In this document: positions 55,724 to 64,000 of the stretch, piece after piece
How the letters are laid out: each line of letters begins with the position of its first letter
How positions within the stretch are numbered: position 1 is the first letter of the stretch
From: Halothermothrix sp.
GTDB lineage: Bacteria > Bacillota > Halanaerobiia > DY22613
Assembly: GCA_016841825.1 (NCBI GenBank)
Contig: JAENYK010000013.1
Location: 6,739-70,738 of the forward strand
DNA length: 64,000 nt
Direction: 5' to 3'
Program-made: the position numbers and the translations under genes
Notes under the pieces: model-generated
The model's input: only the letters and a program-made list of their open reading frames with translations
Database searches by the model: none
Told to the model about the DNA's origin: nothing

Positions 55724-55974
55724 TCTCCCATCTCCCTTACCTTTTATTTAATCTATAAATAACCCATAGCAATCTTTCTAACAATCTTTTCTAAACAATC
55801 TCTTCTACCTAGTATATTTGACAAAACTTAATAAAACCCTTCATTTTCATTATATAACTTTGAGAAAAAGAAATTGCTTCTGAATCTCATAAAACCAAAA
55901 AAAATGAACTTTTTGGCCAGTCAAAAAGTTCATTTTGAACTACTGCTAATATTGAAGTTATATTATCATGCCTT

Positions 55975-56082
55975 AAACTTAACGACTTCAGAAGGGGATT
56001 TGTATCTCCACTGACGTAAACATCATTAGTTATTCAGACTCCCATTTATAAAGGTTGAGAGATTTCCCTTCTGATATATCGT
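55975..56082 (-). repeat. Diverged, inverted copy of the intergenic repeat (subfamily with 61190 copy)
   Basis: CTTCAGAAGGGGATTTGTATCTCCACTGACG...ACTCCCATTTATAAAGGTTGAGAG aligns with the 61190 copy and with the reverse complement of copies 1-3. Confidence 0.55.
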
Positions 56083-56096
56083 TAAATCTATTCTTT

Positions 56097-56285
56097 CTAT
56101 CTTTCAACATGATTTTGAACCATTTTACGTAATTCATCCTCACTTATATCTTCCAGATTAGTAGCTCCTAACATCTCTAAATATCTCCTGGGATTTTCTA
56201 AGAATGCAGTTAATTCTGCAGCATCAGCATTAAAGGTCTCCAACAAATGATTAATACTCTCTTCCCGTTGACCATCGGTTATCAT
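56097..56285 (-). CDS. Small acidic hypothetical protein (62 aa)
   Basis: ATG preceded by AGGAGGTGAG. No family recognised. Confidence 0.5.
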   Translation of the reverse strand: MITDGQREESINHLLETFNADAAELTAFLENPRRYLEMLGATNLEDISEDELRKMVQNHVER

Positions 56286-56359
56286 CTAGACTCACCTCCT
56301 AAAGTTAGTATTGCTTGAATTATAGGTGAAGATTCTATCTCAACAATGAAAAATTTGTC

Positions 56360-56388
56360 AAAAAAACCCCTACGCTTTCGCGTAAGGG
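56360..56388 (-). terminator. Rho-independent terminator after the 5'-nucleotidase gene
   Basis: Minus strand reads CCCTTACGC-GAAA-GCGTAGGGG followed by TTTTTTT. Confidence 0.8.
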
Positions 56389-56396
56389 TTAACAAG

Positions 56397-59255
56397 TTAT
56401 TGAATAGTTATTCTCTCCTCTGCTAAACTACCTGGAATAGGTTCAGTCAGATTAATAATATAATCAAGAAGCATACTTTGTTCAGAAGAATCACTTACAT
56501 TTTCACTAATTACTTTATCTGCCAGGCCATAATAGTTATTATAATTATAATCATTAAATGATACTGTATAGACCTCATCATCAACAATCGGATCACCATT
56601 CTCTAAATAACACTCTACACTGGACAAATTACCAGCTTCAAGCTGGATTACATACGTCATCCCAGACACCTGAACATCAGCATTGTTATATCTATCCGAA
56701 CGATCAAAGAAGAATTGTTTTAAATCCGAACCTTTGATCTCCGCGACGACTGCTTTATTACTGCCAATATAGCTGCCATAAAGTTGGAGTAGAGCAGTCT
56801 GGTTAATTGAGCCAGCCTGAATATCATCAGCAGAACTATTTAGATAACTGGATGGAAATGTGACAATTTGTGCATCAGTATGGGCTCTAATAGCATCTGT
56901 CATCAAATTCCCTGCTGTGTTTGAACCGTTATAGCAATCTTTTGCACTTAAAGTTACATCAGTTTGACCAATTATATTGGTCGCTATAGTCACTCGCTCT
57001 TCCGCTAAACTAACCGGAAGAGGACTATCCAGATCCAACATATAATCAAGCAGCATCTCTTGTTCCGTTGTTTCACCAACAACTTCGTTGGTAACTTTTC
57101 CCGATACCCCATAATAACTATCATAATAATAATCATTAAAAGATACTGTATAAGTCTCATCATCAGCAATCACATTCCCGTTCTCCAGATAGCATTCTAC
57201 ATCAGCTAAATCTCCTGTGTCATCAAAATTAATCACATAAGTCATACCTGACACCTGAATATCGGCGTTTTTATTTCTTGCTGAACGCTCATAGATTAAT
57301 TGTTTTAGATCAGAACCCAGAATATCTGCAACCACATACTCGTTACTGTTTATATAACTAGAGTACAATTGGAGCAAATCCCCTTCATTAACTGATCCCA
57401 CTGGAATATCAACAGCGGAACCATTCAAATTGCCAGATGGGAACAAAGCGATATCTGCACCAGTATAGACCCTAATCGCATCAGCTATCAAATTACCTGC
57501 CGTATTCGAACCGTTATAACAATCTGCAGAGCTCAAAATAACATCTGTCTGTCCGACTACATTGTTAGAACTTCGACCAGTTCTGACGACGCCATCATAA
57601 TCCAGATTGCCACCATTATCAATATACTCAATAATAGTCTCTGCCATTGTGCTATAGATAGACACACCTGGATCATCATGTTCAAAATCATAAGTAGCTG
57701 ATGAAGCGATAAAACTATTAAGCCCAACTGAATATGTTCTGGTTTCATCAATTGGATTACCAGCATAATCGGTCAACACTACATCTTTGACCTCACCCCA
57801 CTCGGTTAACACCATATATTTGATTCCAGAGACAAACAGGTCAGTAAAGTTCCTATTTGCTTTCATCAATAATGCTTCAATCTCATCAACACTTAGTTCA
57901 TATCTGATAATCTCATTGCCAAAAGGTTCAAGAGCATAAATATCACTTACAGTAATTTCACCTTCTAATGAACTCACCCGAATTCCCCCAGAATTTTGAA
58001 ATGCAATATCCAGGTCATGAATCTCAGTCATAGCATCAGTCATCAGGCAGCCCAGCTCTTCTTGCGAGTCAATAGCACTCGTCGCTATGCCTATTACCCT
58101 GTTAAATGAGTCATCACTATTATAATCATCAACAAGTTTCTGAATCTCCTGATCGATATTCGGAGATTCTTCATTTAAAGTAATCAGTTCACCATCAATG
58201 TTTGCTACATGATCATTCTCCATAGTGACAATAATTTTACCCAGATATGTAAGATCATCGCCAGCCTGAACAATTGCAACACCATTTGTCAATACTGGTT
58301 CCTCAATAACAGTATGAGAATGTCCACCAATGATTAAATCCATTTCACCCATCTGATTGGCTAAGTCTGAGTCAGTAGAAGAACCCAGATGAGAAAGGGC
58401 GATGAATAGATTACTATCATCTGCCAGATCAAGATATTCCTCAGCAACAGTTAAGCCATCAGTAAAGTTAATTCCCACAACATTATCTGGATGGGTAGCA
58501 GGAATTCCTGTGGTACTACTAATCTGCACTAATCCTAAAACTGCTATCTTCAATTCATTCTCGGTAGTCAGAAAAACATAAGGTTCTGGTTGTGGTAAGT
58601 TATCTGTGGTAACCTCTAAATTAGCACAAATCATTGGAAATTCTGCATCTGCCATTCGGCCTTTGAGAACTCCTTGACCATAATCAAAATCATGGTTCCC
58701 CAGAGTCATGACGTCAAAACCAACCTTGTTCATCAGGTCAATCATCGGATATCCTTTTGGGTCATATTGATCAACAATTGGGCTTCCAGAGAACATATCA
58801 CCAGCACTTAAGAGAAATACGTTATCATAATTATCTCTGGCATCTTTGACTATCCAACTCAATTTTGGAAAATTATTAAGCTTACTATGTGTATCATTTA
58901 CATGAAAAATTACAATTTCAGTCATTATTGGATATGTAATAGTAAGAGATTTCATGTTTTTCACTGCATTAACAACTATTTTCCCAGTACCTTTGTTACC
59001 AATCAAAGCTAAAACATTTCGGCCCTCTTTCACGTTTGTGAAAGTGAACTTGCCATCCTTATTAGTTTTAACAGTCGCATCTGAATCAATAATAGATAGC
59101 GTAATTTCAGCTATTGGTTTAGAATTAGCATCAACAACAACCCCAGTAATATTTATAGTATCTTTTTTAGCAAAACCACAGCCTGATACAAGAACACTGA
59201 TTCCAACTAGCAAAAGAATAGCCAGGGTTAGTTTTTTGCTAACAAACTTTTTCAC
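56397..59255 (-). CDS. Lipoprotein 5'-nucleotidase/metallophosphoesterase with CarboxypepD_reg-like domain and triplicated C-terminal nucleotidase domain
   Basis: Lipobox VSGCGF. Metallophosphatase motifs HVNDTHS, GDMFSGS, GNHDFDYG and GGHSH. Two additional tandem 194-aa C-terminal repeats. Confidence 0.85.
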   Translation of the reverse strand: MKKFVSKKLTLAILLLVGISVLVSGCGFAKKDTINITGVVVDANSKPIAEITLSIIDSDATVKTNKDGKFTFTNVKEGRNVLALIGNKGTGKIVVNAVKNMKSLTITYPIMTEIVIFHVNDTHSKLNNFPKLSWIVKDARDNYDNVFLLSAGDMFSGSPIVDQYDPKGYPMIDLMNKVGFDVMTLGNHDFDYGQGVLKGRMADAEFPMICANLEVTTDNLPQPEPYVFLTTENELKIAVLGLVQISSTTGIPATHPDNVVGINFTDGLTVAEEYLDLADDSNLFIALSHLGSSTDSDLANQMGEMDLIIGGHSHTVIEEPVLTNGVAIVQAGDDLTYLGKIIVTMENDHVANIDGELITLNEESPNIDQEIQKLVDDYNSDDSFNRVIGIATSAIDSQEELGCLMTDAMTEIHDLDIAFQNSGGIRVSSLEGEITVSDIYALEPFGNEIIRYELSVDEIEALLMKANRNFTDLFVSGIKYMVLTEWGEVKDVVLTDYAGNPIDETRTYSVGLNSFIASSATYDFEHDDPGVSIYSTMAETIIEYIDNGGNLDYDGVVRTGRSSNNVVGQTDVILSSADCYNGSNTAGNLIADAIRVYTGADIALFPSGNLNGSAVDIPVGSVNEGDLLQLYSSYINSNEYVVADILGSDLKQLIYERSARNKNADIQVSGMTYVINFDDTGDLADVECYLENGNVIADDETYTVSFNDYYYDSYYGVSGKVTNEVVGETTEQEMLLDYMLDLDSPLPVSLAEERVTIATNIIGQTDVTLSAKDCYNGSNTAGNLMTDAIRAHTDAQIVTFPSSYLNSSADDIQAGSINQTALLQLYGSYIGSNKAVVAEIKGSDLKQFFFDRSDRYNNADVQVSGMTYVIQLEAGNLSSVECYLENGDPIVDDEVYTVSFNDYNYNNYYGLADKVISENVSDSSEQSMLLDYIINLTEPIPGSLAEERITIQ

Positions 59256-59268
59256 TGTACCATCCCCC

Positions 59269-59463
59269 TTAATTTTCAGAAATTTTTAAATTCTCCTGTC
59301 CAGTCAATTCCCCATTCAACGAAACAGGTTGATTATCATTTCGCACTATTTTTTTTCCTTTAAGCACGTCCTGATACATCTCAGTTGAATATTTTCTAAT
59401 AACATCTTTAACTCTGGCACCCGTAAAAATTTGTACTTTTGTTTCATTAACTTTTATTTCCAT
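59269..59463 (-). CDS. Small hypothetical protein (64 aa)
   Basis: ATG at 59463 after GGGAGGTG. The track start 59550 lacks an RBS. Confidence 0.45.
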   Translation of the reverse strand: MEIKVNETKVQIFTGARVKDVIRKYSTEMYQDVLKGKKIVRNDNQPVSLNGELTGQENLKISEN

Positions 59464-59713
59464 TGAACACCTCCCAGAAAAATTCAGTATTTGCCTGATC
59501 CTATTCTTAAAACGATGAGTAAATATAGTTATTCTATATGAAATCCACATATCCTGCCAATTAACATAAATTTAGGATAATAGCAAAATATTCAATAAAA
59601 ATTTTGATTTAATCAACATGAACTGACGTTACTCGTAGTCTTTAAACAGACAAATATTTTTAAAACAACTTAACCAACAAACTATCATACTACTGATTAG
59701 CTCTATCTAAACT

Positions 59714-59828
59714 ATATCTAAGTTCGATGATTCCCATTTCTATAAGTGGGAGCCTCCTTGTTCTACTTCAGGTAGAGTTGAATCCCCATCTGAAGCTCCA
59801 AAGTTCAGCTTTAGCTGAACGAGTTCAC
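59714..59828 (+). repeat. Intergenic three-hairpin repeat, copy 2
   Basis: Aligns with copies 1 and 3, with a compensatory change in hairpin 1 (TTCCCATTT/AAGTGGGAG). Confidence 0.85.
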
Positions 59829-59950
59829 TCTGATATGTGTAACTTTTAGAATAAAAAATTCACCAAATGCGTGCAAAACTGACCAATGTAGTGTATAATA
59901 ATTAATGGCTAAAAAAATGCTCAATAATCTACAGAGAGAGGGATTACAAG

Positions 59951-61030
59951 ATGAAAATTGGGATAATTGGATTGCCGATGGTAGGTAAAACCACATTATT
60001 TAACTTATTAACTAACTCCAATGTGGAACCTCATTCCGGCAAAATAGAAGCTGTTACAGCTATCGGTTCAATTCCAGATGAACGAATTGATTATCTATCT
60101 TCTTTATACAATCCCAAAAAAACTACCTATGCACGAATTGAATTTGTCGATATTCCTGCATTGGTTAAAGGGGCCAGTAAAGGTGAAGGCAGTGGGAATT
60201 CTTTTTTGAATGAAGTTCGCAATGTGGACGCACTTATTCATGTTATCAGGACTTTTGATGACCCAGCTCTGCCGCATGTCGAAGGAGATATTAATCCATT
60301 GCGTGATTTTGCTACTATTAATGATGAACTCCTCTTTTCAGATCTGGCAGTTATTGAAAAAAGAATTGAAAAGATTCAATCCAGTCAAAAGACCATGAAA
60401 CAACACGGTCACGAACTGCCCATCCTGGAAAAATGTCGAGAGGTCTTAGAAGAAGAAGGCAATATTGCTCAACTAGACCTAACTGAAGATGAAGCTACTC
60501 TGATTAGAGGTTATGCTTTCTTCACTCAAAAACCACTGATTGTTGTTTTAAACTTAAGTGATGATCAACTGAAAAACGATCAATACCCTGAAAAAGATGA
60601 GTTTGAAGCACATATGCTAGAGAAAGAGATTCCCTTCGCCAAAGTTTCAGCTGCGATTGAGATGGAGATCAACCAGCTAGATGAGGAAGATAAAGAGATG
60701 TTCATGGAAGAACTGTGTATAACTGAGCCAGGCATTAACAAAATCGCCCGTGCTACCTATAAGCGTCTCGGTTTAATCTCTTTCTTTACCGTTGGTGAAG
60801 ATGAGGTTCGAGCCTGGACCATTAAATCCGATTCTCCAGCACCCAAAGCAGCCCGGGCCATCCACACCGATATCGAAAGAGGATTTATCCGGGCAGAAGT
60901 CGTAGCGTATCCAGCACTAAGAGAACACGGTTCAATGAAAGCATGCAAAGAAGCTGGGCTTGTTCGCCTGGAAGGAAAAGAATATCTGGTTCAAGATGGA
61001 GATATTATTAATTTCCGCTTTAACGTTTAA
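59951..61030 (+). CDS. ychF: Redox-regulated ribosome-binding ATPase YchF (Obg family)
   Basis: GIIGLPMVGKTTLFN P-loop. C-terminal RAWTI...AAxxIHxDxxxGFIRAEV. Confidence 0.9.
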   Translation: MKIGIIGLPMVGKTTLFNLLTNSNVEPHSGKIEAVTAIGSIPDERIDYLSSLYNPKKTTYARIEFVDIPALVKGASKGEGSGNSFLNEVRNVDALIHVIRTFDDPALPHVEGDINPLRDFATINDELLFSDLAVIEKRIEKIQSSQKTMKQHGHELPILEKCREVLEEEGNIAQLDLTEDEATLIRGYAFFTQKPLIVVLNLSDDQLKNDQYPEKDEFEAHMLEKEIPFAKVSAAIEMEINQLDEEDKEMFMEELCITEPGINKIARATYKRLGLISFFTVGEDEVRAWTIKSDSPAPKAARAIHTDIERGFIRAEVVAYPALREHGSMKACKEAGLVRLEGKEYLVQDGDIINFRFNV

Positions 61031-61189
61031 TGCTGTCATCTTCGACAGCATTACTTTCTGAGATTACATTTCGTACTACGAATTTTTTCAACTATCTATG
61101 ATTTTTTGCTATTTAGAATATTGATGAGATACAATCCCTCTAACAGACAGTTATCTGTCTCAATTAAAGTAGCATCAACAGCAAGCTAT

Positions 61190-61300
61190 TAACGCTCGGG
61201 TTGAACAACCTTCAGAAGAAGATTTGTATCTCCACTGAAGTACCCATCATTTAATTATCTATACTCCCACCTATAGCGGCTGGGCAACTTCGATTCTGAA
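61190..61300 (-). repeat. Diverged, inverted copy of the intergenic repeat
   Basis: CTTCAGAAGAAGATTTGTATCTCCACTGAAG...ACTCCCACCTATAGCGGCTGGG aligns with the 55975 copy. Confidence 0.55.
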
Positions 61301-61337
61301 ACACATTTAAAACTTATTCACAAAGGAGTGTTGTAGG

Positions 61338-61979
61338 TTGTTTCGATATATCCTTTTTGATCTTGATGGTACAGCGTTAGACACACACGAGGCTATCTTC
61401 CAGACTTTTGAACATACTTTGAAAAAAAGACTTAACGTAAATGTTAGTCGTACAGAGTTAATGAAAATCTTTGGAGAACCTTTGCGTAAACAGATGGCTT
61501 ACTTCAGTCCCGAACTTGCTGATAGTTTGTGTGATACCTATCGGAACTTTTATGCACAATGCAGTGCGAAGCTCACCGTTCCCTTTCCGGGAGTTAGAGA
61601 GATTTTAGATCAGCTAAAAGAGCTCAAAATTCCTGTCGGAATTGTAACTAACAAAGCGAGAATTCCCGCACAAAGAGCTCTGGAAGATTTAAAGCTTATG
61701 TCGAAAATTGATTTTCTCATCGGTTATGACCAGGTTACCTACCCCAAACCTCATCCTGAAGCACTACTGACAGGAATGAAACTAATGCACGCTGATCCTG
61801 CAAAAACCTTAATAATTGGTGATAGTCCACTTGATATTGAAGCTGGTTACCGGGCTGGAATTAAAACCGCTCTAGTTAGCTGGAGCATCTTTGCGTCTGA
61901 CAGATTTACCCTGCCTCCTCACTATATTTTAGACCAAATGATAGACTTGATAGAGCTAGTTGATGGAAATGTAGCTTAA
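61338..61979 (+). CDS. HAD-superfamily hydrolase (PpaX/phosphoglycolate phosphatase-like)
   Basis: ILFDLDGT motif I, VTNK, and IGDSPLDIEAG. TTG start after AAGGAG. Confidence 0.75.
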   Translation: MFRYILFDLDGTALDTHEAIFQTFEHTLKKRLNVNVSRTELMKIFGEPLRKQMAYFSPELADSLCDTYRNFYAQCSAKLTVPFPGVREILDQLKELKIPVGIVTNKARIPAQRALEDLKLMSKIDFLIGYDQVTYPKPHPEALLTGMKLMHADPAKTLIIGDSPLDIEAGYRAGIKTALVSWSIFASDRFTLPPHYILDQMIDLIELVDGNVA

Positions 61980-62026
61980 TCAGCAATAAACAAGTTATTA
62001 AAAGTTAATCCAAAGGGGGAATAGTA

Positions 62027-63208
62027 ATGAATCGACTAAAAAATCTACTGACAATCAACACATGGCCTGATAATTTAAAATACCTGGCCCTGGCTACATT
62101 TTTGATGAGTATGTCTCTGGCTTTAAAAGATACCACTTTCACAAATTTTGCTAATGATTTAGGAATTCAGCCAGACCAATTAGGCTGGATTGAATCGATT
62201 AGGGAAGTACCTGGACTATTAACTGTAGTCATGGCTATGTTAACTTATCTGATCACTGAATCTCTGCTTGCTGCTTTATCGCTGATCGCCCTCTCATTGG
62301 GAATGTTTATATTTAGCATCTCCACTGGATTCTATTGGTTAGTCGGAGCCAGCTTGATTTATAGTATCGGCTTTCACCTCTTTTATCCATTACAATCTGC
62401 GATGGCTTTAAAGATGGTTAGTAAAGAGGACAGTGGTAAACAGTTAGGACTCATGGGGAGTATTGGTTCTACAGCTCAACTTCTGGGAATGGGGTCTGTA
62501 ATTATTTTGAGTCAGTTATTAGAGATTCGCCATATTTTTTTGATTGGTATGGTATTGGCTTTTTTTGGTGCTTTAACGCTGTTTAAAATGCCTAGACCTG
62601 AAGTTCATCTGAAGCCCAAAACTTTAATCTTCAGAAAACGCTATAAATTCTATTATCTATTAACATTTCTTTCGGGTTGTAGGCGTCATATCTTTACTAT
62701 TTTTGCTCCTTTTGTTCTAGTTAAAATTTTTGATGTAAATATTACAACAATGGCTACTTTAATGACCGTCAACCAGTTTTTAAACATTTATACTAAACAA
62801 CGAATTGGCAAATTAATTGATGCTATGGGTGAAAAAGTCGCTCTTACCATTAATTATGGCTCTTTAATCTTTATCTTTTTAGGATATGCCTATAGTAAAT
62901 CAATAATGATACTCTTTGGTTTATACATTCTGGACAACATCTGTTTTGGTTTTAATATGGCTGTATCTACGTATTTGAATAAAATCTGTTCTGACGAAGA
63001 CCTGGGACCATCATTAGCTATGGGTTCCACCATCAACCATATTGCAGCTATCTTTATTCCGATTATTGGTGGAATATTATGGGACACTCACGGTTACCAG
63101 ACAGTTTTTTATGCAGGTGCGATAATTGTCGCTATATCTTTAGTGGTTACACTTTCAATTAAAGAACTGGGCATTAAAGGTTTGCCGGAAATGAAACATT
63201 CTGCATAG
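62027..63208 (+). CDS. MFS-type transporter
   Basis: 393 aa with about 11-12 TM helices in two halves. Confidence 0.55.
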   Translation: MNRLKNLLTINTWPDNLKYLALATFLMSMSLALKDTTFTNFANDLGIQPDQLGWIESIREVPGLLTVVMAMLTYLITESLLAALSLIALSLGMFIFSISTGFYWLVGASLIYSIGFHLFYPLQSAMALKMVSKEDSGKQLGLMGSIGSTAQLLGMGSVIILSQLLEIRHIFLIGMVLAFFGALTLFKMPRPEVHLKPKTLIFRKRYKFYYLLTFLSGCRRHIFTIFAPFVLVKIFDVNITTMATLMTVNQFLNIYTKQRIGKLIDAMGEKVALTINYGSLIFIFLGYAYSKSIMILFGLYILDNICFGFNMAVSTYLNKICSDEDLGPSLAMGSTINHIAAIFIPIIGGILWDTHGYQTVFYAGAIIVAISLVVTLSIKELGIKGLPEMKHSA

Positions 63209-63258
63209 CGTAATCTGCTTAACGCAATTAAATCTTGATCTCACTCAACCTAAACCTT

Positions 63259-63372
63259 ATATCTAAATTCTATGACTCCCACTTCTATAAGTGAGAGCTG
63301 CCTTGTTCTACATCAGGTGGGGTGAATCCTCGTCTGAAGCCCCGAGGTTCAGCTTTAGCCGAACGAGTTCAC
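63259..63372 (+). repeat. Intergenic three-hairpin repeat, copy 3
   Basis: Aligns over its full length with copies 1 and 2. Confidence 0.85.
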
Positions 63373-63483
63373 TCCCAAAGTAAAATGCCAGTTACCAGGG
63401 TTCTGATGGATTGGAAAATCAGTGAACCCTTGCTTAACTGGCATTTTACTGAATATAATGTTTTAAATGACCAGTTTCAAACA

Positions 63484-64000
63484 TCACATTAATGGTGTAA
63501 AGGCCACAGTATCCTCCACATTTTCCCCATCTAAAAAATCATTGATAACCTGAGCCAATATCTTCACTCCTTTGGTCATCTCCGCTTCTTCCACAGCAGC
63601 GATACTCAATCTGAACATATTGTTAGGTCTACCATCAGGATAAAAAACCGAACCTGGAATGATAATTACTCCTTCAGCCAGACATTTTTTGTATAATTGA
63701 TTTGCTGAATAACCATCCGGTAAAGTTATCCAATAATTCAAACCACCTTTAGGTAGAGTATATTTTACTTCTCGAGGGAGAACCTCTGTTAAAAGTTTGA
63801 CAAATAGTTGGTATTTGCCTAAATAAATCTGACGCATGCCTTCGATATGTTTCTCCCACAGACCCTGGCGCAAAAGTAGGTCAAATGTTCGTTGAATCAA
63901 CCCTGATGAAGAGATATCAGAAGTGTGTTTGGCAGCCATTACCTGACCAATTATTGAATCTGGCAAAACCATAAAAGCAATTCGAAAACCCGGAAGGAAA
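63484..64000 (-). CDS. PLP-dependent aminotransferase, C-terminal part (continues beyond window end)
   Basis: The frame stays open upstream of the track ATG (…PGFRIAFMVLPDS, the typical aminotransferase GxRxG region). The C-terminal domain is IIPGSVFY...RLSIA. Confidence 0.6.
   Translation of the reverse strand, partial: FLPGFRIAFMVLPDSIIGQVMAAKHTSDISSSGLIQRTFDLLLRQGLWEKHIEGMRQIYLGKYQLFVKLLTEVLPREVKYTLPKGGLNYWITLPDGYSANQLYKKCLAEGVIIIPGSVFYPDGRPNNMFRLSIAAVEEAEMTKGVKILAQVINDFLDGENVEDTVAFTPLM

Noticed and set aside
59811-59996. 61-aa minus-strand ORF
   Set aside because: It overlaps repeat copy 2 and the ychF start and RBS. It is most likely spurious.
45099-63372. The intergenic repeats as a CRISPR array, tRNAs or a riboswitch
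   Set aside because: The copies are kilobases apart, about 115 nt long and not separated by short spacers. They have no cloverleaf or T-loop (GTTCGAATC-type) features. Their position relative to genes is inconsistent (upstream, downstream, both orientations), so they are not a cis-regulatory leader.
1-64000. Search for rRNA, tRNA, tmRNA, CRISPR arrays, prophage or integron structures
   Set aside because: Reading all intergenic regions on both strands found none. The only structured non-coding elements seen are the FMN riboswitch, terminator hairpins, the 98-nt palindrome and the repeat family.

Overview
This is a 64-kb, low-GC, densely coding bacterial chromosome segment with strong GGAGG-type RBSs and mostly minus-strand operons. 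The gene content points to an anaerobic, possibly diderm Firmicute such as a Halanaerobiales member (inference only). That content includes bcd-etfBA with a ferredoxin-fused EtfA, nine radical-SAM genes, ECF RibU behind an FMN riboswitch, a beta-barrel OMP-like protein and System I cytochrome c maturation. The flanks are ordinary. They hold ccmE-F-A-B-C, a lipid acyltransferase, a GltS-like symporter, a TPP-enzyme/cupin/aminotransferase cassette, a DMSO-reductase-family Mo-enzyme operon and a TPR protein. They also hold an Rpn-like nuclease, nth, polX, HAD hydrolases, tldD/pmbA, degV, a large 5'-nucleotidase lipoprotein, ychF and an MFS transporter. The interesting part is the centre (about 10.8-35.1 kb), which holds two adjacent radical-SAM RiPP-type loci. 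Locus 1 (10.8-14.2 kb) has four 28-30-aa peptide genes absent from the ORF track (MLDxLWNLEEYS... / ...PIKxYCxP), interleaved with two radical SAM/SPASM maturases. Locus 2 (15.7-35.1 kb) is a 17-gene, roughly 19-kb, tightly coupled operon. It encodes two paralogous 94-96-aa precursors with a long helical leader, an invariant VNAELEERLSKSFINLPxLGEDEEM junction and His/Asp/Ser-rich cores ending in SW. It also encodes seven radical-SAM enzymes: two B12-binding, one HemN-like with a CX5CX2C motif, an HxsD/HxsB/HxsC-like trio, a duplicated HxsB-like paralog and a small SPASM/twitch-type enzyme. Three M16 peptidases, a PqqD-M50 protease fusion and two GT2 glycosyltransferases complete it. I know of no characterised product matching this combination. 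A roughly 115-nt three-hairpin intergenic repeat occurs three (probably five) times in the last 20 kb. I saw no rRNA, tRNA, CRISPR array or intact transposon. All family calls rest on motif recognition by eye; no searches were run.
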